A stretch of DNA of 64,000 bases, taken from IMG/VR virus record IMGVR_UViG_3300021964_006850; one strand, given 5' to 3'. Of this stretch, positions 36,973-46,824 are shown piece after piece. Under the pieces are notes generated by a model that did no database searches, had not been told where the DNA came from, and worked only from the letters and a program-made list of their open reading frames with translations. A program made the position numbers and the translations under genes. Source of the stretch: an uncultured virus (IMG/VR IMGVR_UViG_3300021964_006850) (taxonomy: Duplodnaviria; Heunggongvirae; Uroviricota; Caudoviricetes). Each line of letters starts with the position of its first letter. Positions within the stretch are counted from its first letter, which is position 1.

Positions 36973-39225
36973 CTACGCTGTAACAGTTTCTGCTTGTTTG
37001 GTTGCAATAAGTTTAATCTTATTATCTTCGGTAGCAATATGTAAATGACCACCGTTTTTAAGTTCACCAAACAACAATATCTTACTTAGATCACGTTTGA
37101 TTTCTTTGTCAATTGTACGCTGTAAAGGTCTTGCACCCATCTTCTTATCAAAGCCAACATCTACAAGATAGTCAATAGTTTCATCTGTAATATCAACTGT
37201 AACATTCTTTTCTGTAAGCATATCACGTAACTCTACAAGGAACTTACCAACAATTTTAATCATTGTGTTCTTCTCAAGTTTACCAAACGCAATTACACCG
37301 TCAAGTCTATTACGGAACTCTGGAGCAAAGAACTTTTTAAGTTCAGTATCTTCATACTCTACTTCAAGATCTTCATTGAAGCCGATGGCGTTTTTCTCTG
37401 CTTGTTCTGCACCTAAGTTAGTTGTTAGGATTAGTACAGCATTCTTCGCATCGGCTTCTTTCCCGTTGCTTCCGGTAACTTTTCCGTTATCCATTAATTG
37501 TAATAGGATCTGTGATACGTCTGGATGTGCTTTTTCAACCTCATCAAGTAGTAGTACACAGTTCGGGTGCTCTTGCAATTTTGTAATTAATAAGCCTGCA
37601 TTGTCCTCAAAGCCTACATAGCCTGGAGGTGAACCAATAAGTTTGGCAACTGAATGCTTCTCTTGATATTCACTCATATCAAAACGTACAAGTTCTACAC
37701 TTAGTTCATTTGCAAGTTGCTTTGCTGTTTCTGTTTTACCAACACCTGTTGGACCCATAAACACAAAACTACCTACAGGTTTATCATCTGGTTTAAGTCC
37801 TGCTTGTGCAACAAGAATTTTCTCTACAATTTCGTCAATTGCTTTATCTTGTCCATACACTTGCTTCTTAAGGTTGTCTTCAAGATGTGCAAGGTTGCTT
37901 GATTCTTTTTGTGATACCTGTTCTGGTGGAAGTTTAATTGCTTTTGCAAGTTCAAATTCAATTTCTTCTTTGCCTACAACTTTGTCGCCTTCAACTTTCT
38001 TTAAATTAAATCTTGAACAAGCAAGATCAATTAAGTCGATTGCTTTATCAGGTAGTTTCTTATCAGCCATATACTTAACACTAAGTTTAATAGCAGTATC
38101 AATACCTTCCTCTGTAATAATTGTAGTATGATAGTCTTCGTAATATTTTTTAATACCTTGTAGAATAGATTTGGTTGTTGCTTTATCTGGTTCGCTTACA
38201 CTAATACGTTGGAAACGTCTCATTAATGCACGGTCTTTTTCAAAATACTTTCTATATTCTTCCCAAGTTGTTGAAGCAACAACTTTGATATCACCTTTAC
38301 CAAGAGCAGGCTTTAGCATATTAGCAAGATCATTTGATCCACCACTGCCTCCTGCGGCACCTGCACCGTTCATCATATGTGCTTCGTCAATGAATACAAT
38401 AGTTTTGCCTTGCTTCTTGATAGCATTCATTACAAGTTTAAAACGTTCTTCAAAGTCACCTCTGTATTTTGATCCTGCCAACATTGCACTAATATCAAGA
38501 TTGTAAACTTTGTATTCCTGTAAGAATTCAGGAACTGCTTTATTCACAATATTATATGCAAGTCCTTCTGCAATAGCAGTTTTACCAACACCAGGGTCGC
38601 CAACAAGCAATACATTGTTCTTTGCTCTACGTCCTAAAGAAAGTGCAATACTTTCAAGTTCTTCTGTACGACCAATTACTGGATCAATTTTACTTTTTTC
38701 TACTTCTTTGTTTAGATCTTTTGAAAATTCACGTAGTGCTTTCTGTTCTACAGTACGCATTTCTTCATCTTCGTAAACTGCTTCTAACTCATTGTTTAGA
38801 TAATCTGCAAATTCTTCTTTTTTAATTCCTGCCTTTTGGATATGATAAAATGCCCAAGATTTTTTCTCGTTCATAATACTTAAAAACACATCTGTGATTT
38901 CAATATGGTGTCTACCACTAAACAACACTTGTGTAAATGCTCTATTTAAAACACGTTCAACTGTTGCAGTCTTTTTAGGTTTAAATTTTTTGCTGTGTTC
39001 TGTAGGAAGTGTAATATCTTCTAAATCTTTTTTAAGATAGTTTTCGATATTTTTTTTAATAAATTCTGGATCAGCACCAGCACCTTCAACAATTTTAGAA
39101 AACTTTTCACTGCACAGCATAGCAAATAGTAAATGCTCAAGGGTCACGTACTCGTGATTCAGTTTCCTTGCATCACCTACTGACTTATCAAATACTGCTT
39201 GTAAATCGTCACTTGGTTCAACCAT
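36973..39225 (-). CDS. clpA: ATP-dependent Clp chaperone ClpA
   Basis: Clp-N TLEHLL, two AAA modules GDPGVGKT / GPTGVGKT, IGSPPGYVG, IGF ClpP-binding loop, GARPL. Confidence 0.92.
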   Translation of the reverse strand: MVEPSDDLQAVFDKSVGDARKLNHEYVTLEHLLFAMLCSEKFSKIVEGAGADPEFIKKNIENYLKKDLEDITLPTEHSKKFKPKKTATVERVLNRAFTQVLFSGRHHIEITDVFLSIMNEKKSWAFYHIQKAGIKKEEFADYLNNELEAVYEDEEMRTVEQKALREFSKDLNKEVEKSKIDPVIGRTEELESIALSLGRRAKNNVLLVGDPGVGKTAIAEGLAYNIVNKAVPEFLQEYKVYNLDISAMLAGSKYRGDFEERFKLVMNAIKKQGKTIVFIDEAHMMNGAGAAGGSGGSNDLANMLKPALGKGDIKVVASTTWEEYRKYFEKDRALMRRFQRISVSEPDKATTKSILQGIKKYYEDYHTTIITEEGIDTAIKLSVKYMADKKLPDKAIDLIDLACSRFNLKKVEGDKVVGKEEIEFELAKAIKLPPEQVSQKESSNLAHLEDNLKKQVYGQDKAIDEIVEKILVAQAGLKPDDKPVGSFVFMGPTGVGKTETAKQLANELSVELVRFDMSEYQEKHSVAKLIGSPPGYVGFEDNAGLLITKLQEHPNCVLLLDEVEKAHPDVSQILLQLMDNGKVTGSNGKEADAKNAVLILTTNLGAEQAEKNAIGFNEDLEVEYEDTELKKFFAPEFRNRLDGVIAFGKLEKNTMIKIVGKFLVELRDMLTEKNVTVDITDETIDYLVDVGFDKKMGARPLQRTIDKEIKRDLSKILLFGELKNGGHLHIATEDNKIKLIATKQAETVTA

Positions 39226-39745
39226 ATGTAATCATTCCTTTAATTTTTTTAAAATACTTTTGTTGTTTTTTCTTAGCCATATCTAATTTCATTTTACTTA
39301 CACGGTCAATATAATTGATTCCGTACAAGTGATCAAATTCGTGTTGGAATATTCTTGCATTCCATCCTTTAAATTCTATTTTACACTCTTTTCCGTTACT
39401 GTCAATAAACTTTGCCACCAAAGCCTCGGCTCGTGTTACTTTAAAAAACAAACCTGGAAAACTTAAACAACCTTCTTCGCCTAAGACTGTTTGTTCTGAC
39501 ACTGCTTCTATTCTTGGATTGATAACTGCAAATGATTCTCCGTCTTTATAACCTTCCAAATCCTTTGGTTCCATTACAAAAATTTGTGCATCTAAGTCAA
39601 CCTGGTTGGCACTAAGACCTACACCATGTTGTTTGTTCATGATTTCAATCATTTGTTTTTCAATGTCTTTTGCCTCTAACTTATTAAAGTCAAATTCTTG
39701 CACTTGCTTTAATAAAGATGGATGCGGATGATATACTAACTTCAT
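39218..39745 (-). CDS. def: peptide deformylase
   Basis: GVGLSANQV, EGCLS, QHEFDHL. Confidence 0.92.
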   Translation of the reverse strand: MKLVYHPHPSLLKQVQEFDFNKLEAKDIEKQMIEIMNKQHGVGLSANQVDLDAQIFVMEPKDLEGYKDGESFAVINPRIEAVSEQTVLGEEGCLSFPGLFFKVTRAEALVAKFIDSNGKECKIEFKGWNARIFQHEFDHLYGINYIDRVSKMKLDMAKKKQQKYFKKIKGMITYG

Positions 39746-40587
39746 TCCTTAATCTTTCTTATTAAATCGTATTGTTCTTCGGTTAAATTTTTTGGAATAA
39801 CGCCGTTTACTTTTAGGTAAACATTTCCGGAAGCGCCTGAGTTGTAGTCTGGTAAGCCTTGACCGTGTATGCTTAGAACTGTGCCTGGTTGTGTGCCTCT
39901 TGGTACATTAATACTTATAGTCTTACCTGACGGTAAAGTAAGATTTGTGGTAGTACCGAGTATTATTTCAAAAATATTAATTTTAGTAACAGTATGTAAA
40001 TTAATTCCGTCTACATCAAAATCTGGATGTCGTAGTATTCTTACTTTTACATTTAGATTTCCTCTTGGGATGCCTGGAATACTGTCATCTCCTAAACCGC
40101 CATACCGTATTGTATCCCCGTGTTTGGCTCCTTTTGGTATGTCAATGTTAACAGTTTGTTCTTGACCGCTGTTTGTTCTAAAAGTAGCAATAACACCTTT
40201 GCCTGTATATACTTCACCTACTGTGATATCACAAGCAATAGTAATGTCTCTGTTTTGTTGTGGACGTCTTTGCTGTTGAAAGCCTCGTCCAAAAAACGTA
40301 CCAAACAGATCATTCATATCACCGTTGAATTCAAATCCCCCAGGACCAAAACCGCCAAAGCCTTGTTGCTGATGACCTGCTTGTTGTGGATCAGCAGTGC
40401 CATATTGATCGTACATTGCTTTCTTTTGTGGATCTGCCAGTGTCTGATATGCTTCATTGAGTTGGGTAAACTTCTTATGGTCACCACCCTTGTCAGGATG
40501 ATGCTTTGCCGCCAATTTGCGGAATGCAGTCTTAATATCTTTTTCGGAAGCGTTACGAGAAACGCCTAACAAATCGTAATAATCCAT
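39742..40587 (-). CDS. dnaJ: DnaJ-class co-chaperone (type II, no Zn finger)
   Basis: DYYDLLGV, HHPDKGG, G/F-rich linker, C-terminal DnaJ_C domain. Confidence 0.88.
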   Translation of the reverse strand: MDYYDLLGVSRNASEKDIKTAFRKLAAKHHPDKGGDHKKFTQLNEAYQTLADPQKKAMYDQYGTADPQQAGHQQQGFGGFGPGGFEFNGDMNDLFGTFFGRGFQQQRRPQQNRDITIACDITVGEVYTGKGVIATFRTNSGQEQTVNIDIPKGAKHGDTIRYGGLGDDSIPGIPRGNLNVKVRILRHPDFDVDGINLHTVTKINIFEIILGTTTNLTLPSGKTISINVPRGTQPGTVLSIHGQGLPDYNSGASGNVYLKVNGVIPKNLTEEQYDLIRKIKE

Positions 40588-40617
40588 AGCAGTATTATAT
40601 ACTTATGTTAGGCGTTT
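40560..40617. repeat. 12-bp perfect inverted repeat enclosing dnaJ -10 box and start codon
   Basis: AAACGCCTAACA at 40560-40571 and TGTTAGGCGTTT at 40606-40617. Confidence 0.7.
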
Positions 40618-40622
40618 GTCAA
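40594..40622 (-). promoter_or_regulatory. sigma70 promoter TTGACA-N17-TATAAT (leaderless dnaJ)
   Basis: perfect consensus; ATG 6 nt after -10. Confidence 0.8.
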
Positions 40623-40625
40623 TGA

Positions 40626-40925
40626 TTATTTGTCTGATTTCTTAGATGTACCAGTATAAAGACCAAACCATGCCGCACCAGCGCCAACTACAATACTAAT
40701 CAAACCTGATTGTTCCATTGTAGGTGCAGGTAAGTTCATGTACCAAATAACACATTTATATAATAATACGATATAAACAGTTAAGAATAATCTTGGAAAA
40801 ATTCTCCAAGCATCAACTGCTTTTGCCATATGGATAAGTCCTTGGTAAGGATTTTTTGAACTATCAGTAGTAGTTGTATCTACTTCAAGATCAATTTGTA
40901 CGCTCTTTTTAATTGGATCGCTCAT
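40626..40925 (-). CDS. two-TM membrane protein, candidate holin
   Basis: two hydrophobic segments, charged tail, downstream of lysis genes. Confidence 0.45.
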   Translation of the reverse strand: MSDPIKKSVQIDLEVDTTTTDSSKNPYQGLIHMAKAVDAWRIFPRLFLTVYIVLLYKCVIWYMNLPAPTMEQSGLISIVVGAGAAWFGLYTGTSKKSDK

Positions 40926-41206
40926 TATTTTTTACCCTCTAATTTTTTAATTCGAGATTCTAACTCGTCTATCTTTTGGGTTACATGAGGATATTTTGTA
41001 CGCCAAGCATTTGGATCATTTTGAAACCAAGTCCAGCCCCAGCGTATTGCAAGATATTCAAGAAAAGCATCAAACTTTCTTACTGCCCACATTGCTAATT
41101 TTGTGTCTTTAAACCAAAACAAAAATGCGGCACCAAATAAAGCACCAGCAATACCTGTGTAAATCCACAGTCTATCAGTTGCCATTCTTTCAATCATTTC
41201 CCACAT
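40925..41206 (-). CDS. single-TM membrane protein
   Basis: LWIYTGIAGALFGAAFLFWF; AATAAATA at 41232-41239 upstream. Confidence 0.6.
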   Translation of the reverse strand: MWEMIERMATDRLWIYTGIAGALFGAAFLFWFKDTKLAMWAVRKFDAFLEYLAIRWGWTWFQNDPNAWRTKYPHVTQKIDELESRIKKLEGKK

Positions 41207-41237
41207 ATAAACTTCCCTCTCTTTATATGTGTATTTA

Positions 41238-41420
41238 TTAAAAAGAACAGGCTACTTCGCCTTTGGTTACTACATTATCGCGTTCTATTTTAAGGTCTTT
41301 GGGGAGATTCTTGACTTCTACTGAAGGTTTAACTGAACAATTCTTAGTTGCAGATATACAACTACTTAGAGTCAGTGTTAGTAGTATCAGTATCGCTTTC
41401 GTAGTATTCTTTATAAGCAT
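41238..41420 (-). CDS. small lipoprotein
   Basis: lipobox LSSC after hydrophobic stretch. Confidence 0.45.
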   Translation of the reverse strand: MLIKNTTKAILILLTLTLSSCISATKNCSVKPSVEVKNLPKDLKIERDNVVTKGEVACSF

Positions 41421-41742
41421 CAATCACCTTTTGTTGCTTAATCATGTAAGCACGTATTTGGGCGAAATTCTTTGATAGTAGTTGGTAGTCATCATCACTT
41501 AAACCAAACAACACAGGGTCTTTACCTTGTTCTTTTAGTTTAGCAAATACTTCTTCTGCATTTTCACTGTTAATGATTACCCATTTAATATTTTCCATTT
41601 TAGCCGCTTCAGGCTGTGGTAAATTTAATGGGGCTCTTTCTACTTCTGTTTTAAAAACATCAAGTTTGCTCACAGTTGAACAACCTGATAGAACTATTGC
41701 TAACAGTGATACTAAGAAAATATTTTTAATCGTATGGGACAT
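41362..41742 (-). CDS. lipoprotein, o-spanin-like
   Basis: lipobox LSGC; overlaps i-spanin candidate. Confidence 0.6.
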   Translation of the reverse strand: MSHTIKNIFLVSLLAIVLSGCSTVSKLDVFKTEVERAPLNLPQPEAAKMENIKWVIINSENAEEVFAKLKEQGKDPVLFGLSDDDYQLLSKNFAQIRAYMIKQQKVIDAYKEYYESDTDTTNTDSK

Positions 41743-42214
41743 AATTCGGGTTCGCTATACTTGGACATTCAGAATTGATCTGTGATTTCTTAGTAGCGTT
41801 CTTTTCCTTTTCTGTTAATGGAGCACCCATAGCAATTTCTGCACAACGCATTGCTTTGTTACTCGCATTGTTAATAACACGTTCAACTAATTTTGCTTTT
41901 TCATCGGCAAGTTTGCCAATATCTCTAACTTCACCCTTGCCGTTAATTTTGTTAAAACGTTCGTCAAGTGCCGCAAATTCTTTGCGTAGGGTTTTGTTTG
42001 TTTCTTCAAGTTCTTTGTTTAGTTCAAGAATGGCAGTAAAGTCTTTTCGCTGTTGTTCAATAACTGATTGTTGCTCAGATACGCTGTCTAATAGTTTTGC
42101 ATTGTTTGCTTCACTAACAGCAAGGTCGCTTTTTAGTGTTTTCACATACATGAAACCACCGCCAGCACCTGCTAACATCATTAATACTATTGCAATTTTA
42201 ATTGATCCAAACAT
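41726..42214 (-). CDS. i-spanin-like protein
   Basis: N-terminal TM, long coiled coil, two C-terminal Cys. Confidence 0.6.
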   Translation of the reverse strand: MFGSIKIAIVLMMLAGAGGGFMYVKTLKSDLAVSEANNAKLLDSVSEQQSVIEQQRKDFTAILELNKELEETNKTLRKEFAALDERFNKINGKGEVRDIGKLADEKAKLVERVINNASNKAMRCAEIAMGAPLTEKEKNATKKSQINSECPSIANPNYVPYD

Positions 42215-42376
42215 TTATCTTCCTTGTTTACAGACTTCGATGGTTACAGTCTTGCCATCTCCGTCTTGCATATCTTTGAAAAGAGGTCCTTCGTGATATT
42301 CGTGTCCGCAGTTCTTACAGCCTACTCTGCCATTGCTATGGCGCTGTCCTTCGTTGCGTTTACTCTGTTTGTCCAT
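42215..42376 (-). CDS. 53-aa Cys/His (Zn-ribbon-like) peptide (missed by ORF track)
   Basis: MDKQ...GCKNCGHEYHEGPLFKDMQDGDGKTVTIEVCKQGR; stop abuts i-spanin ATG. Confidence 0.5.
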   Translation of the reverse strand: MDKQSKRNEGQRHSNGRVGCKNCGHEYHEGPLFKDMQDGDGKTVTIEVCKQGR

Positions 42377-42849
42377 CCTGTTCCAAACGTTTTAAATGTT
42401 TTAAGTGACTCATAAAACTCTTGACGCTTTGCACTGTAGTCATTAATTGCTTGATTAATTCCTACTGCTTCTACATAGCCATTTGCTTTTGCGACAGTGT
42501 TTGGACCAATCCAACCGTCAATCTTTGTACCAACCATAATCTGTAAGATCTTTGTTGCTCTATGACGTCCACTATTTACGCACATATCAAATACTGCTAA
42601 ATCCAAACCTTTTGGCAAGTCATCTCCTAAGATACCATTCCAATAGTTTTTCTTATAAATTGGAGTTACATCTTTTTCTGTAAGACTTTGAATTACTTCT
42701 TTTGTTACTACTTTACCCATCCAATCTTCGTATGTTTGTCTTGTGATACCCATATTAGTAGCACCACCGGGATCGCTTGGATGATCAACGTATCCGCCTT
42801 CGTGTTCAAGCACAATCGTTAAACAATTTTTAAAATTATCTGTTGCCAT
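42322..42849 (-). CDS. endolysin, glycoside hydrolase family 108
   Basis: HEGGYVDHPSDPGGATNMGIT, YW, FDMCVNSG, DGWIGPNT, FGTGWTNRV. Confidence 0.9.
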   Translation of the reverse strand: MATDNFKNCLTIVLEHEGGYVDHPSDPGGATNMGITRQTYEDWMGKVVTKEVIQSLTEKDVTPIYKKNYWNGILGDDLPKGLDLAVFDMCVNSGRHRATKILQIMVGTKIDGWIGPNTVAKANGYVEAVGINQAINDYSAKRQEFYESLKTFKTFGTGWTNRVNATKDSAIAMAE

Positions 42850-42852
42850 TTT

Positions 42853-43563
42853 TTAACCTCTTTTCAATATTAAACTGTAACCATTATTTTCAAGCACAAG
42901 TTTCTTACCATATTTTGTAATATTGTAATCACCTAAATATTTGCTCAAATAAATGACCTCAGCGAAACCATTAATATCTAATGCTTCGTTGATATTTACC
43001 TCATCTGTTCGAACAAAATCAACAACTTTGAATGTAATTGGATCCATAAACAAGTTCTTTATTCTTAAAGTGTGTTCATTTAACATATCTACTTCTTCAG
43101 CATAACTCTTATTAAAGAAGTTTTTGTAGTTATCCATGTTATTTTCATTTACTCGAATGTCGTATGCTTCTTTGTCAGTAGGAACTATTTCTGCCAAATT
43201 TGTTTCATTGCAATCATGACTTCTAAAACTCTTATAGTACCTAAACTTCATACCATCTAATCCTGCAATCTTAGTAATGCCATCAACCATTTCATGTATT
43301 TGTGAAGGTGCATCTTTCGATCTTTCAATTTCAACAAACACTTTGTACATACCGTCGCTTTGTTCGCCTGATGTTGCATCAGCATCTAATACAAATGGAT
43401 AACCTTTTTCTAAAAAGTTTTCAAGGTCTTTTGCACTGCCTTCGTTTTTAGTTGAAAAACTAAGCACGACTATGTCGCTATCACTACCCATCTTAGATTT
43501 AAAAGAATCAATTTCGTAAATCTGATCAACTAAGTCTTTAAGGTCGTCTTTTCTTAAACCCAT
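42853..43563 (-). CDS. hypothetical protein
   Basis: 236 aa, coupled to upstream gene. Confidence 0.75.
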   Translation of the reverse strand: MGLRKDDLKDLVDQIYEIDSFKSKMGSDSDIVVLSFSTKNEGSAKDLENFLEKGYPFVLDADATSGEQSDGMYKVFVEIERSKDAPSQIHEMVDGITKIAGLDGMKFRYYKSFRSHDCNETNLAEIVPTDKEAYDIRVNENNMDNYKNFFNKSYAEEVDMLNEHTLRIKNLFMDPITFKVVDFVRTDEVNINEALDINGFAEVIYLSKYLGDYNITKYGKKLVLENNGYSLILKRG

Positions 43564-44120
43564 TATACTGCTCCATCTGGCGCTGGTGCTTCTGCCCCTG
43601 CTCCTACTCCTGCTTCAACACCTGCTTCTGCTGGTTGTGCTTCTGGAGTAGCATTTGGTTCAACACCTGCTTCAGTAGTAAGGTCTAACATTTCATTATA
43701 GCCACTGTAAATATCGACAATTAATTTTTTCGGCATCATAATTTCAACCACCCAAATTTCTTTACGATCTAATTTACCTTTTTTAGTACCTGGTCTAATA
43801 TCGTCGGGTGATTTAATTTTTCTTGGAACTAAGATATGGTCTTTTTTGTATGTAACTTTACAGTCATAATCGAGCAGTCTTTTACCGCCCATTGGATCAG
43901 GCATCTTATCGCGTGGCCACATAAATGAACAAATAACCCAGTGCCTTTTAATGTTAGGTCCTGAAGCAATTTCTCCATCTTCCCAGTTATCGTACACATA
44001 TAAATCCAGTTCATCAAGCACTCTTTCAAAGTCTTTTAGAACCGTAAATGCAGTATCGCTTTCGTATATACCTTGTACGTTTTTAATTACTTCTGCTACG
44101 TCTTTCATATGAATATCCAA
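43563..44120 (-). CDS. hypothetical protein
   Basis: 185 aa; GATAAATA at 44132-44139 upstream. Confidence 0.75.
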   Translation of the reverse strand: MDIHMKDVAEVIKNVQGIYESDTAFTVLKDFERVLDELDLYVYDNWEDGEIASGPNIKRHWVICSFMWPRDKMPDPMGGKRLLDYDCKVTYKKDHILVPRKIKSPDDIRPGTKKGKLDRKEIWVVEIMMPKKLIVDIYSGYNEMLDLTTEAGVEPNATPEAQPAEAGVEAGVGAGAEAPAPDGAV

Positions 44121-44266
44121 TCTTATACACTTATTTATCCGGTTAGCATTTATAACAGTGTAGTTTTATCACGAGCGATCTTCACTAAATATTTGTGTAG
44201 GAGGCACGTATAGTGTCAAAACTATACGATGCAGACTATTTGTTATAATCCATAAAGGAGGACTGC

Positions 44267-44995
44267 ATGGGTGCAAAAAGAAGTGCTCGAAAGAGTAAAA
44301 ACTACAATAGCAATATTGTAGAATTCAACAACTTTCTTCCACAGAAGAAAAAAGAAGTCAAAATCATTCCACGAAACATTAATCAAGAAACTTATATGCT
44401 TCAACTGTTAGACTCAAAGAAAGACATAGTCTTTGGCATTGGGCCGGCAGGAACAGGTAAAACTCTGTTGGCTGTACAAGTTGCGATTAAACAGTTTAAG
44501 GAGGGAAAAGTCGATAAAATAATTGTTACAAGACCTGCTGTAAGTGCAGACGAAGATTTAGGGTTTTTACCTGGTACATTAGAACAAAAAATGGCACCAT
44601 GGACGAGACCTATTTTTGATGTGCTTCAGGAGTACTTTTCAGCAAATGAAATCGAAGGCATGGTTGCAGAAGGTGTAGTAGAGATTGCACCACTTGCATA
44701 TATGCGTGGACGAACGTTTAAGCGTTCATATATCATTGCTGATGAAATGCAAAACGCAACTCAGAATCAAATGAAGATGTTATTAACAAGATTAGGCGAA
44801 GGATCAAAGATGGCTGTTACAGGCGATCTTGCTCAAGCGGATAGACTTAGAGATAATGGACTTATTGACTTCTGTAGACACTTAGATCAAAAAGGATCAG
44901 CAGAAAAGATTGACGTCGTTGAATTTGCAAAAGGAGATATTGAACGACATGATGCAGTCAAAGAAGTATTAGAAATTTATGGAGATGTTGTTTAA
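44267..44995 (+). CDS. phoH: PhoH-family ATPase
   Basis: GPAGTGKT, TRPAV, LGFLPG, YMRGRTF, DEMQN, LTRLG, TGDLAQAD; AAGGAGG SD. Confidence 0.93.
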   Translation: MGAKRSARKSKNYNSNIVEFNNFLPQKKKEVKIIPRNINQETYMLQLLDSKKDIVFGIGPAGTGKTLLAVQVAIKQFKEGKVDKIIVTRPAVSADEDLGFLPGTLEQKMAPWTRPIFDVLQEYFSANEIEGMVAEGVVEIAPLAYMRGRTFKRSYIIADEMQNATQNQMKMLLTRLGEGSKMAVTGDLAQADRLRDNGLIDFCRHLDQKGSAEKIDVVEFAKGDIERHDAVKEVLEIYGDVV

Positions 44996-45756
44996 CCAGG
45001 TAGATCAGTATCCTGGGCATCAACTACATATAATTTTTTAGTCTTTACCCATTTAATCCAGCCTGCATAAGTCATTTTGTGTAGGCTGGATATTGCCCAC
45101 TGACGTTTCATTGCAGTTTCGTTCAGTTCCATAGTTCTTGCTACCTGTTTTCCACGTTTGAAAGGAATAACTTGAACTAAAGGTTCGCCCATCTTAATTG
45201 TTGTAGGCTTAATTTCTTTTAACATAATATTGATAGGACTTTGTGGAGCACCTAAATCGTGATCCATTACACCAGGAACTGCTTCCCAGTTTTTTCCTTC
45301 ATGATAGTACATAGGTAGATATAATGTACTCCAACCCGTTTTGTTCCATGTAAACCAAGGATTGTCTAATTTTACTGCACCACGAACACTAAACTTTTGT
45401 TCCATAAATTTGCCTAACTGTTCTTGAGGGTGGTAAGCATCGTTATATATTTCGTCACTATATCTTGTAATAATATGTTTGCCATCTGGAGTAGGTTCTA
45501 TGGTAATGTCACACCAAGCAGGAATAACATAACCCATGCTCATATAATCTGTAATACCAGGACAGGCTCTTACAGTTTTGTGACTGTCAATATTGTGTTG
45601 TTCTTTTTTATAGTATGGTGACATTTCTTTAAACTTATCTGGAAAGAATTTGCCAGCAGGTTCAATTGGTGCATATTTACGTACACCCCAACTTTGACAA
45701 GCAAAGGTAATTACTGGTTCTTGTTTTTTGAATAAGTTTTTTATAAAATTAATCAT
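44992..45756 (-). CDS. hypothetical protein
   Basis: 254 aa, CPGI.D...GYVIPAW.D, GEPLVQVIPF. Confidence 0.7.
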   Translation of the reverse strand: MINFIKNLFKKQEPVITFACQSWGVRKYAPIEPAGKFFPDKFKEMSPYYKKEQHNIDSHKTVRACPGITDYMSMGYVIPAWCDITIEPTPDGKHIITRYSDEIYNDAYHPQEQLGKFMEQKFSVRGAVKLDNPWFTWNKTGWSTLYLPMYYHEGKNWEAVPGVMDHDLGAPQSPINIMLKEIKPTTIKMGEPLVQVIPFKRGKQVARTMELNETAMKRQWAISSLHKMTYAGWIKWVKTKKLYVVDAQDTDLPG

Positions 45757-46157
45757 ACTTTAGTTACTGTAACATTTGACTTCTTTAAAAAATCAATTCC
45801 ATCGTTACTACGATAGTTATCTTTATAATACACTGTGCTAATGCCACTTTGATATATTAGTTTAGCACAGTCAATACAAGGACTGTGTGTACAAAATAGT
45901 GTAGCATTATCTCCGCTTTCGTTTGATTTGGCTAATTTAGCAATAGCATTTGATTCAGCGTGTAGTACTTCTGGCTTTGATTTATTATTTTCGTCCTCAC
46001 AATCATTATCCCAATCTGAAGGCATTCCATTATAGCCAATAGAAATAATGCGATCATCTTTGACTACAATAGCACCTACATTCAAACGTTTTGCATAACT
46101 TAATTTTGCAAAACGCTCTGCAACGTCCATATATGCATCAATAAACTTCTGCTTCAT
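45753..46157 (-). CDS. dCMP deaminase
   Basis: IGYNG, HAESNAI, SPCIDC. Confidence 0.88.
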   Translation of the reverse strand: MKQKFIDAYMDVAERFAKLSYAKRLNVGAIVVKDDRIISIGYNGMPSDWDNDCEDENNKSKPEVLHAESNAIAKLAKSNESGDNATLFCTHSPCIDCAKLIYQSGISTVYYKDNYRSNDGIDFLKKSNVTVTKV

Positions 46158-46824
46158 TTACTAAATCCTTTGCTAATGGAAAAATTTCTGCAATTACTTT
46201 AGCACAAGCATGAGCAATATCCATATGCTCTTGTTGTGTACCATTGGCACCACGCAGTTCGATATAGTGAATCCAACTACGAAGTGTACCGTTCATATAT
46301 AAACGTGTCTTAGTACACCCTTCTGGTAATACAGCACGAGCCTGCTCTTTAGCAATACCATTTTCGATTGCCCATTCGTATGCTTCTTTAGCCGTATCAA
46401 TTACTTTTTGTTGTTGTGATTCCCAATCGTTAATTAGATTCATTTCTTGTTGAGTAGTTCCTAATCTAATTGAATTTTGTCTGTTCTTTGTATCCTGTAA
46501 TCGTGCTTCACGTAACACAAATTGATCTCCAAACTCTTTTGGATCAGCATAACGCTGACTAAACTCTTGGAAACTGAATGAACGATGACGCACAATTTGA
46601 TGTGCAATATCACGTGTAGTATTAATTTCTAAACAAGCACTAACCATTTCAAGTGGTGACCAATGAGCGTGTTTAATCAAATACTTGATTAGTTTCTCAC
46701 TTGTTTCTGAATTCATTTGATTACTTGGATTTGAAACTCTTGCACAATAGGCAATAAGTTCTTGACAGTTTTCAAGTTCTGTATCTTCTGGTGCTGTTGA
46801 ATATGAAATTAATTTGACGCTCAT
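46138..46824 (-). CDS. thyX: flavin-dependent thymidylate synthase
   Basis: HWSPLE, QIVRHRSFSFQEFSQRY, ARAVLP, TQQEH. Confidence 0.93.
   Translation of the reverse strand: MSVKLISYSTAPEDTELENCQELIAYCARVSNPSNQMNSETSEKLIKYLIKHAHWSPLEMVSACLEINTTRDIAHQIVRHRSFSFQEFSQRYADPKEFGDQFVLREARLQDTKNRQNSIRLGTTQQEMNLINDWESQQQKVIDTAKEAYEWAIENGIAKEQARAVLPEGCTKTRLYMNGTLRSWIHYIELRGANGTQQEHMDIAHACAKVIAEIFPLAKDLVNEAEVY

Noticed and set aside
40560..40617. CIRCE heat-shock operator at dnaJ
   Set aside because: Arms and spacer do not match TTAGCACTC-N9-GAGTGCTAA
44204..44232. Hairpin CGTATAGT/ACTATACG in the phoH leader as a terminator or Pho box
   Set aside because: No U-tract and no clear Pho-box direct repeat; function unsupported
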